Positions 1 through 13,599 of a DNA stretch of 64,000 bases are shown piece after piece. Within the stretch, counting starts at the first letter, position 1, and every line of letters starts with the position of its first letter. The position numbers and the translations under genes were made by a program. Origin of the DNA: Eledone cirrhosa (lineage: Eukaryota); NCBI GenBank assembly GCA_964016885.1, contig OZ024754.1:38874001-38938000 (forward strand), given 5' to 3'. Below the pieces are notes generated by a model. The model searched no databases. It was given only the letters and a program-made list of their open reading frames with translations, and was not told the DNA's origin.

Positions 1-225
1 TGGTATGGACATGTGATGCGTATGAAGGATGACAGCTGCATAAAAAGGTGCAGAGCACTAGAAGTTGATGGAAACCGCGGAGTGGGGAGACCCAAGATGA
101 CTTGGGATGAGGTGATAAAAGCCGACCTTACCCAACTACACCTCTCAAAGACAATGACACACGACCGTGACTTCTGGCGTCACGCAGTAATACAGGGTAC
201 CCGACCTCCCATGGGTACATGCTGA
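1..225 (+). mobile_element. RTE-clade LINE 3' coding fragment
   Basis: Frame 1 reads WYGHVMRMKDDSCIKRCRALEVDGNRGVGRPKMTWDEVIKADL...DRDFWR, the typical RTE C-terminus (WxGHVxRM...GxRxxGRPxxxW...DRxxWR). Confidence 0.85.
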
Positions 226-259
226 AGCATATAAACAATATGCCCCCACTCCCCCCACC

Positions 260-508
260 GCAAGGTGGTCGTGGAGGTGCCACGGCAAAAAAGCACCCAG
301 CCCACACTGTAAATTGGACGTGTAGGCGCCACGAAAAAGCACCCAGCAATCACTGTAAATGAGGTTGGTGTTAGGAAGGGCATCCAGCTGTAGAAATAAA
401 TCCAGATCAGTTCCTGTATGAGCAAGGCATGGTCAGCCGACCAGACACTGCCCACAACAGGATAACCCGTCTAACCCATGCTAGCGTGGAAGAACGGACG
501 TAAAACGG

Positions 509-538
<30 letters not shown>
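260..538 (+). mobile_element. SINE with RTE-like 3' end and (GAT)n tail
   Basis: AAAAGCACCCAG..CACTGTAAA internal repeats, GGTTGGTGTTAGGAAGGGCATCCAGC, CTAACCCATGCTAGCGTGGAA..GGACGTAAAAC then (GAT)n. Related pieces at 20715-20895, 47710-47885, 54455-54615(-), 55925-56187. Confidence 0.75.
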
Positions 539-539
<1 letters not shown>

Positions 540-544
540 ATATA

Positions 545-886
545 TGTAGAAGTTCTATTTAAATTGTTGGGATACAACAAGCAAATATTTTTATAACTGA
601 TATAAAGCACTCAACAAATTATTGGAGTAAAAATACGATATATTAACAAATGGAAACTATATTTATAAAACCATATTTATTTCATTATACATATTTCAAG
701 GACACCAAGTTAAATTATGCAGAAATGGTCGCATTCTTTAAGGGTATGTCAATATTTATTTATAAAACTGATCTATATTATATTTTATCTGATGAAAGCA
801 CACCATAATTTAACTGGGTGTCCTTGAAATATGTATAATGGAATAAATATGGTTTTATAAATATAGTTTCCATTTGTTAATATATC

Positions 887-890
<4 letters not shown>
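545..890. mobile_element. Penelope-like non-autonomous end, family A (tail + inverted arms), in (TA)n
   Basis: 633-706 is the reverse complement of 817-890; flanked by TA repeats; homologous to 31212-31572 and 25114-25815; contains a hammerhead motif. Confidence 0.75.
781..845 (+). ncRNA. Minimal type I hammerhead ribozyme (family A)
   Basis: TATTTTAT-CTGATGA(789-795)-AAGCACACC..GGTGTCCTT-GAAA(826-829)-TATGTA-TA-ATGGAATA. Stems I and II pair; stem III is self-complementary with GU pairs. Confidence 0.8.
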
Positions 891-943
<53 letters not shown>

Positions 944-1761
944 TATATATTTATATACTGTGTAGCTAGAAGTTTACAGCAGCAGATATAATTCAGAAGA
1001 GAGGCAACACTCTCTCTCTCTCTGTATCTCACTCTCATTTACTCTATCGCTGTCTGTGTCTCTGTACATCTCTCTCCTCCACGAAACCTGTTTAGGATCC
1101 CAAGCTATCTTCACACAGAAATACAAACCCAAAACTGGAGGGAAAACACTAAAATAATCAGTTCCAGTTTAATTAACTAAACAACCAGTTAAGAATCACT
1201 AAAAATAATCATTAGTAAAATGATTCAACTATTTTACCTAATGAAATTTGTCATATTCAGCAAGATGCCTTGCAATGTTTGTTCTGAATTCCAATTCCAT
1301 TGTGTCTTTAGCAGAGTCTGTTTTAACACCACCACCACCAGGTTCTTGAGTGCCTTTAGCAGAGTCCATTTGAACACCACCTGGTCCTTGAGTGTTGCAA
1401 GCATTCAGACACCACCCCTACCTCCCTGCCACTAATTTTGAAGGCCCTGAAAATGACATAGGCATGGCCCTTAACCTCTCTCACTTAACAGCATAAACAA
1501 AGACAAAAAAAAAAAAAACTAACCTCTACCTCAATACCTTGAATATTCCAATGAGAGAGGAGGGGCTTGTGAGAGTGATATAAAAGGACAGCCTGTCCAC
1601 TTCAGAGAAGTAATGTGTCAGCTACTCTTGACACGGTTGTCTATAGAGAGTTCTTTCCTTTCTAAACACTTAAATGTGACAAAACTGTTCACTCAGTGTT
1701 TGGTAAAGAAACTGAAGCAGCAACACATGGTCCTGCCAACTCTCTAACTCTATGTTTGGTC

Positions 1762-3930
1762 TGTTGGTTGTTGTCTACACACTGACATAACAACCAGAAT
1801 GTAGAGGACAGCACTGTGTTGGTTGTTGTCTACACACTGACATAATAACTAGAATGTAGAGGACAGCACTGTGTTGGTTGTTGTCTACACACTGACATAA
1901 CAACTAGAATGTAGAGGACAGCACTGTGTTGGTTGTTGTCTACACACTGACATAACAACCAGAATGTAGAGGACAGCACTGTGTTGGTTGTTGTCTACAC
2001 ACTGACATAACAACTAGAATGTAGAGGACAGCACTGTGTTGGTTGTTGTCTACACACTGACATAACAACTAGAATGTAGAGGACAGCACTGTGCTGGTTG
2101 TTGTCTACACACTGACATAACAACTAGAATGTAGAGGACAGCACTGTGTTGGTTGTTGTCTACACACTGACATAACAACTAGAATGTAGAGGACAGCACT
2201 GTGTTGGTTGTTGTCTACACACTGACATAACAACTAGAATGTAGAGGACAGCACTGTGCTGGTTGTTGTCTACACACTGACATAACAACTAGAATGTAGA
2301 GGACAGCACTGTGCTGGTTGTTGTCTACACACTGATATAACAACCAGAATGTAGAGGACAGCACTGTGTTGGTTGTTGTCTACACACTGACATAACAACT
2401 AGAATGTAGAGGACAGCACTGTGCTGGTTGTTGTCTACACACTGACATAACAACCAGAATGTAGAGGACAGCACTGTGCTGGTTGTTGTCTACACACTGA
2501 CATAACAACCAGAATGTAGAGGACAGCACTGTGTTGGTTGTTGTCTACACACTGACATAACAACCTGAATGTAGAGGACAGCACTGTGTTGGTTGTTGTC
2601 TACACACTGACATAACAACTAGAATGTAGAGGACAGCACTGTGTTGGTTGTTGTCTACACACTGACATAACAACTAGAATGTAGAGGACAGCACTGTGTT
2701 GGTTGTTGTCTACACACTGACATAACAACTAGAATGTAGAGGACAGCACTGTGTTGGTTGTTGTCTACACACTGACATAACAACTAGAATGTAGAGGACA
2801 GCACTGTGCTGGTTGTTGTTTACACACTGACATAACAACCAGAATGTAGAGGGCAGCACTGTGCTGGTTGTTGTCTACACACTGACATAACAACCAGAAT
2901 GTAGAGGACAGCACTGTGTTGGTTGTTGTCTACACACTGACATAACAACTAGAATGTAGAGGACAGCACTGTGTTGGTTGTTGTCTACACACTGACATAA
3001 CAACTAGAATGTAGAGGACAGCACTGTGTTGGTTGTTGTCTACACACTGACATAACAACTAGAATGTAGAGGACAGCACTGTGTTGGTTGTTGTCTACAC
3101 ACTGACATAACAACTAGAATGTAGAGGACAGCACTGTGTTCGTTGTTGTCTACACACTGACATAACAACTAGAATGTAGAGGACAGCACTGTGTTGGTTG
3201 TTGTCTACACACTGACATAACAACTAGAATGTAGAGGACAGCACTGTGTTGGTTGTCTACACACTGACATAACAACTAGAATGTAGAGGACAGCACTGTG
3301 TTGGTTGTTGTCTACACACTGACATAACAACTAGAATGTAGAGGACAGCACTGTGCTGGTTGTTGTCTACACACTGACATAACAACCAGAATGTAGAGGA
3401 CAGCACTGTACTGGTTGTTGTCTACACACTGACATAACAACTAGAATGTAGAGGACAGCACTGTGTTCGTTGTTGTCTACACACTGACATAACAACTAGA
3501 ATGTAGAGGACAGCACTGTGTTGGTTGTTGTCTACACACTGACATAACAACTAGAATGTAGAGGACAGCACTGTGTTGGTTGTTGTCTACACACTGACAT
3601 AACAACTAGAATGTAGAGGACAGCACTGTGCTGGTTGTTGTCTACACACTGACATAACAACCAGAATGTAGAGGACAGCACTGTGCTAGTTGTTGTCTAC
3701 ACACTGACATAACAACCAGAATGTAGAGGACAGCACTGTGCTGGTTGTTGTCTACACACTGACATAACAACCAGAATGTAGAGGACAGCACTGTGTTGGT
3801 TGTTGTCTACACACTGACATAACAACTAGAATGTAGAGGACAGCACTGTGTTGGTTGTTGTCTACACACTGACATAACAACTAGAATGTAGACAACAACA
3901 CCGTGTTGGTTGTTGTCTACACACTGACAT
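1762..3930. repeat. 55-bp minisatellite, ~39 copies
   Basis: Unit TGTTGGTTGTTGTCTACACACTGACATAACAACTAGAATGTAGAGGACAGCACTG; the register repeats every 660 bp (12 x 55). Confidence 0.97.
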
Positions 3931-4039
3931 AAGAGCCACAAGTTAGCAACACTGATTAAGTTGTTTAAACTTGGGCATAAAGACCACAACACTACATTAG
4001 CAATGCTGGTTGTATAAAGGTAAGAGGAAGCCCATAGCT

Positions 4040-4335
4040 AATGTTTTAGAGAAAGAGACCACTCATAAATTAGTAGAGAAAAGGATTGTGTGCCAGCTGA
4101 GAGAAGTACCTCTGCTAGGTAACCACCTGCACTTCAAATTCATCACTGTACTCATTGCCAACTCTCACCTCCCTGGTTGCACCTTTATATAGGGCCTGCA
4201 GAACCCTCACAAGCCATTCATCTACATATAGCTTCCTAAGTGCCCACCATATTACAGAATATGGAGAGACCCTGTGGAAGGCATTCTTAAGACCTACAAA
4301 AGTAAGATACAGTGGTTTACTTCCAGAACAAGAAA
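4040..4335 (-). mobile_element. Decayed RTE-clade reverse transcriptase fragment
   Basis: Minus strand reads KPLYLTFVGLKNAFHRV..VIWWALRKLYVDEWLVRVLQALYKGATREVRVGNEYSDEFEVQV, matching the RTE RT region (LYLAFVDLEKAFDRV..WWAMRKLG), with stops. Confidence 0.8.
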
Positions 4336-4409
4336 ATCACAGATGTTATTGCTACTTGGAGAAAATAACAAGTGAATCCCAAGGCAGAGTCTTCAGCGAC
4401 ATGAGTGTG

Positions 4410-4935
4410 TAATAATTGTTTCTACTTTTAGCACAAGGCCAGCAATTATCCCAGTGCATTACTGGTACTTTATTTTATCGACCCCGTAAAGATGAAAGGC
4501 AAAGATAACCTCGGCGGGATTTGAACTCAGACCGCAAAGGGCCGTAACTCTATGCTGCAAAGCATGGTGTCTGATTCTCTACCGATACTGCCAATCCATT
4601 GTCCTATGAGTGTGTAATAATTGTTTCTACTTTTGGCACAAGGGCAGCAATTACCCAGTACATTACTGGTACTTTATTTTATCGACCCCGTAAAGATGAA
4701 AGCAAAGTTAACCTCGACGGGATTTGAACTCAGATCGTAAAGGGCCGTAACAACGCTGGAAAGCATGTCTGACCCTCCACCAATACTGCCAATTCACCAC
4801 CCTATTATTCCTAGGATGAGTGTGTAATAATTATTTCTACTTTTGGCACGAAGCCAGCAATTATCCCAGTGCATTACTGGTACTTTATTTTATCGACCAC
4901 GTAAGGATGAAAGGCAAAGTTAATCTCGACGGGAT
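4410..4935 (-). mobile_element. Three tandem tRNA-head SINEs with Meta/MESC-type core
   Basis: Minus strand: A box TGGCAGTATCGG, B box GAGTTCAAATCC, core GCCTTTCATC..GGGGTCGATAAAATAAAGTACCAG, tail AGAAACAATTATT. The third copy lacks the tRNA head. Confidence 0.85.
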
Positions 4936-5097
4936 ACTAGTTAGTTACAATACATAACATTTTTGTATAACGAATTGTTGATGGTAGGTGGATAAAGACA
5001 ACAATAAAATTGTGTTTTAATCTTATTAAGTAAACATCTACACCTGCTAGGTAGGACAACTACACAAAAAGCAGATAAAACGGGAACAGCTGCATGT

Positions 5098-5369
5098 TGT
5101 TAAAAGTATAGACAGTATCCTATTTGGGGGTTCTAATATAGTGAAAGTATAATTTCGAAACGTAAACGTATACAAGGCGAAACGAAATTAAGTCTACACA
5201 CACCTCTGTTATCGGAGTGGAGTTGGCTGTCCGTAAGTGTGTGGAGTGGCTGTTCCAGCACGTCTCCCTCACTATCCTCCGGAGCAATGTATTCTTCATC
5301 CTGTCGTCCGGGACCAAGAGGAGGAGAGCAAGTTAATTGGAGGTGGAGAATAGTCGTTCGGACGTCACA
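5098..5369 (-). mobile_element. Possible solo LTR (TGTGACG...TAACA)
   Basis: GC/CpG-richer 272-bp island bounded by TGT/ACA. Flanks CATGT and CACAT could both derive from CACGT by CpG decay. Confidence 0.35.
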
Positions 5370-6321
5370 CACATACTTTAAGTATCAACATTGAATACAC
5401 CATATCATTATGCTGCTATGAGTGAACATTATAATTAAAACAGACCCCCCTCCTCCTCCAATACTGTTAAATAAGATCCGTTTTCCCTGCTAGTAATCAT
5501 GAACATTATAGTTAAAATAAAAAGAAAAACTGATAGTGTTGAATTTAATCGTATATAACTTGCAGGTTATTGTGGTATTGTGAAGGCAGCAAGTACACAA
5601 CTTCCGTACTTCTGTGGCAGTGTATATTCAATACATTCAGTACAGGTAGTTTAACCTATGTAAATATGGAAGAATGGACGTTAAATATTGATGATATTGT
5701 CAAGAACCTTTGACTTTAATAGGACCCTGAAACAGGACTATGCTTTAATGTTTTCCGAGCCAGCTGCAAATCATCACCGCCAATATAAACAATGTAGAGA
5801 GATATAAATGGGAACAGAAGACCCATCATAAATCTATTATAGAGACACACGGCAGCCTATTATTCCTATGACTAACAAGAGAAAGGGGTAATTATAAGGT
5901 TTATCTGATGCATCGGGGATTACAAACAGTCCAGTTAATAACTGTTTCTACTTTAGGCACAAGGCCAGCAATTACTCAGTGCATTACTGGTATAATAACG
6001 TGTGCAAGGGAGTAATGATGGAAAAACACACAACTTATTTATTATAAGTGGCCTGAGCTACAGTTATTCTGAAATGTAAATTTTTATAGTTATCCATCAA
6101 ACTCGACATCTTTCTCTCAACACTTTTTCCCTTTTAGTTATTGATTTTTTTTTTCAACAAATTTAATTTAAATTGTCTTTATATATTATCATATATATTT
6201 ATTGATAAATACAGTTTATATTTGTATGAAAAAATGGGCATTGGATGTAATGGCTGTCTCTTGAGAGATAGAGAGGGGAGAGAAAGAAAGAAAGAAAGAG
6301 GGGAAAGAAAGAGAGGAAGAA

Positions 6322-6377
<56 letters not shown>

Positions 6378-7126
6378 AGAGAACTATCATTATTAAATTA
6401 CGAAAGTTTAACAATAAATAAGATAGCGAAAAATGTGATCTTTCAATGCCAAACTTTTTTCTTCTTTCTCCATGGAGATAAACACGTGAATAAAAGACTG
6501 ACATTATCCCTAGACACATTTTCTAGGGAGCAAGCTCCCTTAAGTGGGTTCCGGAAGATGGGGGGGGGGGGTGATGCTGTGCCTTTGTGGGAGGCTGAGT
6601 GCATTCGCACACATACACACACACACACACACATACATACATACACACGCGAATAGATTCTTTATAAAATGAATTTTGTTTTATTTGATGTCTTAAAATT
6701 AGCTTCGAAGTCACTACCAGTTTTCTACTTAGAAAATAAATAGTACTCACCCAGTTAATGTTTTAAATACTGTGGTATTGTGTATGCATGTATGTATATA
6801 TGTACAATTGCCTCTTGTGTTTTGTTCGTTCATGTTCATATGTGTGTGTTCCAAGAATTTTGGAAAATCGTACAAGGGAACTGCGACAAAATAAATTTGG
6901 GAAAAAACCCCCACAATATACCAGAAAATAAAGAAAGGCGTGAGTTTACGAAGCAAATAAAGTTCAAAATTTCAAACAAAAGGATTTATATTTGGAACAT
7001 CGTCTGCGTAAGTTTAACCAGGTTTGACCTAGGGTTAAACAACAACAACATCACTACACAGAATAATATACATATGATTAAGTAGCTACTTGTATGTATA
7101 TGTATATATATATTTTTTTTTTTTTC

Positions 7127-7166
<40 letters not shown>

Positions 7167-7296
7167 ATGTATATATACAACAAGTCATGTGTTACCTTAC
7201 AAAGCTATTATTATTACTGACCAACAGTGTGTGTGTGTGTATGTTGACGTGTGTGTGCGTGCACACACACACACATATACATATATATATATATAC

Positions 7297-7411
<115 letters not shown>

Positions 7412-7799
7412 TAGATATATGGTGGCTGCCAACTCTTTTTCGAGTACGGGCACTACTTTATATCCATGTAGGAGAACCCCTACCGATGCGCTGAACAAGT
7501 GTGACTTTTTAGTCCAGCCAGCGACTTGAAAACTCTGGTACAAACACTAGACTTGTGACAATTATTGACACATAGTGCTGGGCCCATGGTTCCATGTGAC
7601 GACAAGTGCAGAGAGATCTCCAGATATAAAGCAATGCCTGTGCCGTATATATATATATATATATATATAATGTAGGAGGTGAGTTTTATTGTAGTACAAT
7701 AAAGCAATGCAGATATCGGATAAGAAGCACTCTACAGTTTGTAGGACTGGAGTATATATAATATATAAGAACAAAAGATGGTTAAAAAAGTTCCATGTA

Positions 7800-7866
7800 T
7801 TTTATTATGCGCATTTCAAAAACAAATATCATCATGCAATAATATTTGTGTTTTCATCAGATAAAA
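7800..7866 (-). ncRNA. Minimal type I hammerhead ribozyme (family B, left arm)
   Basis: Reverse complement: TTTTAT-CTGATGA-AAACACAAATATTATTGCATGATGATATTTGTTTTT-GAAA-TGCGCA-TA-ATAAAA. Confidence 0.85.
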
Positions 7867-7987
7867 CAGGAAGACATGATATGAAGATTAAAAAACACTT
7901 GTGGATAGTGCAGTTTTAAATCAACATATCAACATTAAAACTGCACTATCCACAAGTGTTTTCTAATCTTCATATCATGTCTTCCTG

Positions 7988-8054
7988 TTTTATCTGATGA
8001 AAACACAAATATTATTGCATGATGATATTTGTTTTTGAAATGCGCATAATAAAA
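7988..8054 (+). ncRNA. Minimal type I hammerhead ribozyme (family B, right arm)
   Basis: TTTTAT(7988)-CTGATGA(7994-8000)-long stem II-GAAA(8037-8040)-TGCGCA palindrome-TA(8047-8048)-ATAAAA. Stem I extends through TTCC/GGAA. Confidence 0.85.
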
Positions 8055-8684
8055 TACATGGAACTCTTTTAACCATCTTTTGTTCTTATATATTATATAT
8101 ATATATATATATACATATATACATACATACATATACAAACAGATGTAGTGAACAAACAGGTGTAACGCATGAATGCATCATGCTACTAGTTGTAGTAGTA
8201 GTAGTAGTAATTATTTGTAGAACTATTTTAGCCATCTTTAAGCATCCACAGTTTGTACCTTAAATACACACATAATCACACCACTATTCTTCTTGAGAAG
8301 GGTTTTGTTTTTTCCTGTTTATACCGTTGTGTGTGTGTGTCCGATTGTGCATTTTTCCATTTGTTTGTTTGACTGCGATCATGCTGGGGTTCCAGTAATG
8401 CACTGGTTTATTGCTGGCCTTGTACCAAAAGTAAAAACAATTATGTTATTATACACGGTTGAATAAATGGTAATGATTCCGTTGCTACCATATCTTATCT
8501 AGTAGCAAATTCTTCACAGCGTTACACCCCTCTATATCTTTTTTATTTCCTTTCTACAGGTGCAAATTCATAAACGTACATATGTCACCGTACTAATATA
8601 TATAACACAGTAAAGAGCGAAACACACACATATATGTGTGTGTTCAAATCATAAGGGTATCAGCTGTTTATAACAGTAAAGAGA

Positions 8685-8912
8685 CATACATACATACATA
8701 CATACATACATACATACATACATACATACATACATACATACATACATACATACATACATACATACATACATACATACATACATACATACATACATACATA
8801 CATACATACATACATACATACATACATACATACATACATACATACATACATACATACATACATACATACATACATACATACATACATACATACATACATA
8901 CATACATACACA
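8685..8912. repeat. (TACA)n microsatellite
   Basis: Perfect tetranucleotide run. Confidence 0.98.
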
Positions 8913-8956
8913 TTGTGTTGGAAAGGAGGTCATGTATGTAAACAATCATTGAAAAA

Positions 8957-9005
8957 TTGCTCCGAAGACTCCAAACCTCGGTTTGGACGAAACAATTGTA
9001 AGCTA
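8957..9005 (+). ncRNA. Decayed minimal hammerhead (family F)
   Basis: GCT-CCGAAGA (U4->C)-CTCCAAACC.TC.GGTTTGGAC-GAAA-CAATTG palindrome-TA-AGC, followed by AATAAA. Confidence 0.6.
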
Positions 9006-9581
9006 ATAAATGGTTTGAACAGAACTTTGATTCATGTGATTTCTATATAACTGCTCTGTAGAACAACTGATGTTATTACATTGAGCTATTTATCTTACTG
9101 GTAATAAGGTAGTAATAAATTACTGTCTTACACTGTTTAGGGTTTAAAATATATATAACTATAAAAAGTTTTAGTATATACATAACCATAAATAGTATCC
9201 TTAATAATATGTATATATGCAGAAAATGCATCATAAGACATTATGTGTGGCACTTATAGCATCGGATTGACCAATGCCTTGTGAGTGAATTTGGTTATGG
9301 GGAAACTACAGATGCCTGTCGTGTGTGTATATGTGTGTATGTGTGTATGTGTGTGTGTGCTTACAATGGACCATACCTGAAGAAAATAAATAATGGTGTC
9401 GATATGATCAACTAAATCATGGCAGTGCTCTAGCATGGCCGCAGTCAAACAAACACATAACAACCCCCCCCCCCCTCCAACCCCAGAAAGATGCTCCATC
9501 ACATACACATACAAAAAGTAAAAACTCGAAAAGTACAACAAAACCTTTATCCAAGAACAACACATTACAATAGTGGTGTGG

Positions 9582-9651
<70 letters not shown>

Positions 9652-9680
9652 TTAAGGTGAGAGAGAAAGATATAAACATG

Positions 9681-9726
<46 letters not shown>

Positions 9727-9884
9727 CTGCATGTATAGTTCAATGTAGGTGAAAATAGGGGTTCTTACAAACAAGACTTTTTTTTAAACCCGAAATAACT
9801 TGGAACTATGTTTAGGTTTCAGCTCGAATGTTGGTGTTTGACCCTTACATCATGGCAGTTGCTGTATTTTACGTATTGTTATAC

Positions 9885-10072
9885 AAATAATTGTTTCTAC
9901 TTTTTGGCACAAGGCCAGCAATTACCCAGTACATTACTGGTACTTTATTTTATCGACCTCGTAAGGATGAAAGGTAAAGTTAACCTCGGCGGGATTTGAA
10001 CTCAGATCATAAAGGGACGTAACTATGCTAGAAAACATGGCGTCTGACCCTCTACCGATACTGCCAATCCAC
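9885..10072 (-). mobile_element. tRNA-head SINE (Meta/MESC-type core)
   Basis: Full A box, B box, core and AAT tail, as at 4410. Confidence 0.85.
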
Positions 10073-11534
10073 TGACAAGTCCCTTTCTCCACTTTTCTGT
10101 ATCTGGGATATATATATACACACACACACACACACAGATATATATACACATACATATATATATATATATACACACATACATACACACACACACATACATA
10201 CATACATACATACACACACATGGATGTGGTTGTGTAGTTTTGAGTAACTATGTGTGAAGGTGTAGATGGTAATTTTCATTATACCTCATAAAACATTCAT
10301 TTGCAAAACATTAATCCCTCCCTTCAAAAACTCAATTCGATCTAGTAGTATCAGCCACAGACATTGTCTTTGCAACATATACTGTGTCATGTAAAACAAA
10401 ATATGATTTCCAGATGCGTGATCAGCGGTAACACGCGAACTCAGAGTAGCAACGGGCAATGACCTCAGGAATGTGTGCGTGTAATCACAGTGTGCTCGAT
10501 GTATGCCCGTCTGGCGATCGATCACAAAACTCAGGTGGAAGAACGATTTCAAACGTAATTCTATAGATTTTCGTTCGCGTGCACCTGTGTGTGTATGTGT
10601 GTGTGTGATGCAACACAAATGTGTGTATGCGTGTGCGTGTGTGTGTGTGATGCAACACAAAAATTTCGCAATAATTATATATTCCGACAGAAGCGAAAAT
10701 AAAATTAAACATCTAACACACATTTAAATAGAGAAAATAAAATGTGATAATATATTATTATCAACCGTGTATTACAGGTAGATTCATTTATCATCGATAT
10801 GACGTACGAATGAATGGCTGTATATGTACAGCTTCTTAACTAACCACAACGGCAATTATGTGTATGTATCTATATATATTTGAAGAAAAAAATAGGTATT
10901 TATTTATTTATGTCTAATGTTTCTTCTTTCTTTATAATGTATTACATAGCTCTGATATAGAGTCAATTTAATTATTCCGATTATTTTGTCTCTTTTTAAT
11001 CATAGAGCAACAACGGCTGAGGTTGGCAACACACAATTTCACATACTTGTGAAAGATATATGTGTATATATGCATGTATATGTATGTATTCACATGTATC
11101 TGTGTACCCCTTATCATTGTATATATATATAATGTGCGTGTGTACATGACAGTTATGTTGTGTATGTGTGGTGTGACAGGTATGTTTTGTATGTGCGAAT
11201 ACATTATGTTGCACATCATGTTAAGTTGAACGAAAAATAATGGCCAGAAAATTTGATGGGAGAAAAAAAAGGAATATTATTTTCAACCCACTGACAAAGA
11301 CTAAAGCTAGCAGCAAGTTGCTGTACCATTATTAGTTAGAAGAGGAAACGTGTTATATATATATATATATATATATAGTCTTTTTTTGTGATCTCAAACG
11401 AATGAAACAGTAGTTCTAATCCCGTAGAAGTCATGTCTATCTGAAATTAAATTATGTATGTACCTTCTCTACTTAATGTATTGAGTATCCCATTTAACAG
11501 TGTTTTCTTTCAATCACTCTACGGAAAATCAATC

Positions 11535-11600
<66 letters not shown>

Positions 11601-12852
11601 GCATTCTAGAATTTTACATAACATAATATCATAACATGAAACAAGCAAGACTATAACGGAAGCAACAAGTCTAAATAGCACTGGAGAAGTCTTTTTTTCC
11701 CCTTCCTTTCTATGTTCCCAAAAGACGCACTAACAGAAAGTATGTACACATAAATATATATCTATGTAATATATTATTCATAAAAGAAATGCAAATGTGT
11801 AGATTTTTTTTACCTGCAGGCATGGTTTTGTGTGTGTTTGAAAATGAATAATAAAGAAATAAATAAAGGTTTCAACTGGAATGAAAAAAAAAAATCTATG
11901 AACAGTCGTTTGTATATTATGAACAAACAGGGAGTTCAGAGTCTGTAAATCCTGTTCTTCCACCACTTCTCTCTCTCATCTCCTCTCTTTCTCTTATTGC
12001 CGCCACCTCTCCTGCTACCATAATTAACGCGTCTACTATTACTATTACTCTCTTATTTTCTCACTCTCTCTACGCACACACAATTATCTATATCTATCAC
12101 TGGTCTTTCTCTATCCTTTTCTCTTCTCTATATCTGTTATGAACCGCCTCCTTTAATAAATAAATCCAGACTTTGTCTATATTCTATTTTCTCTCTTCTA
12201 GCGCCCTCTCATTCATTCGTCTTCTTTTCATTCAAATACTTGTTTTGTTATTATTTTTTTCACATACTTTCAAACTATTTTCTCACTAATACAACTAACT
12301 CACTTTAGTGGTGTAGAGTCACTCTCTTACATACACACCCTCCTATCACTACCACTAACTATCACAGCTATGCCTGTCAAAACACAATTATAATTAAATA
12401 CACTAATGAACTAATTGCTAACACTCCGCTCGTTGAAGAAAGGAAGACACTTCTAGATATTTCATAGTTGGTCTTTGCTGTTTTTTCTCACATTTTATCC
12501 ACTACACTCGGTCCCAGTCAAGTCGAACAAATCCGGTTTAGTTAGCCTCAATAGGTTTTAAATATTAAGACGATCTTGGAATTTAATGTATCATTTTCAC
12601 TGTTGGTCACTCGAATGATGTCAAATAAGAATGTTAAACAAATGAAGACACTATTATTATAGTAATACTAATATTAAACAAACGAAGCTCGTCTACCAAC
12701 CAATAAGCATATACGTGTAATTTACATTGTCATGACAAGCCATGTCCCCTCAATTCTGATGGAATCGTAAGAGCGCTGTGGTGACATACAGTGTGTCCTG
12801 TGCATTTAAAACCAGGTGGAATTTCATTCCCTCTCCAGGTCTGAACACAGCC

Positions 12853-12899
<47 letters not shown>

Positions 12900-13599
12900 C
12901 ATCGTGTAAGGATGAAAGGCAAAGCTAACCCCGGTGGAATTTGAACTCAGAGCCGGAACGAATACAGTGAATCATTTTCTCCGATGTTCTAACGACTCTG
13001 CCAATTCTCCGCCTTACTTTTACCTTATGGAATAGGGTAATATCTGACCATAACTAGTGTCCATAGAGAAACCGAAAATTCGAGGAAAATGTCAATAAAA
13101 TGACAATCCAAGGTGAAAGTGAAAATTGGTACGTTATACTCCAAGATCGACATTAAAATTATCAAATGTAACAGATTCGAAGAGGAGCATGTTTCGCTGT
13201 AGGTATATAAAATAGAAAAAAAAAACCCCACTAGAATGAAAGTTATGAAATTGAAAGGTTGTGGGGCTGCCGTGAGATCAGGGGGACGTCGGCTACAAAG
13301 GTGTCAGCCTTTTTTTTTTTTTTTTTTTTTTTTTGCTTTCCGAATTTGATATCAGGTGGCCTGCATCTCTCTTCACAAGACACTGCAGTCAATTGCTGCA
13401 CTCGATATCAATGTGTCCCAGTTAAAGAACGACTCCTTTTTTAGGACTTCTACAAGACCTTTTGTACGTTTCATACAGTCACAGTTTAGTGTCAGCCAAA
13501 AAGAATTGTTAATCTGCTGTGTGATAAGAAGCAATGTTTAAAACATTCCGAGCAAAGTCCTCTATACACATACTTGGGCATAACTACAGGTTAGTGTCC

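Larger units (their letters stand above)
7671..8098. mobile_element. Penelope-like non-autonomous end, family B (tail + ~165-bp inverted arms), in (TA)n
   Basis: ~7752-7919 is inverted as ~7935-8098; near-identical copy at 16519-16960 and a deleted copy at 17129-17220. Confidence 0.8.

Noticed and set aside
1762-3930. CRISPR-like array
   Set aside because: No unique spacers, only plain tandem units; eukaryotic context, no cas genes.
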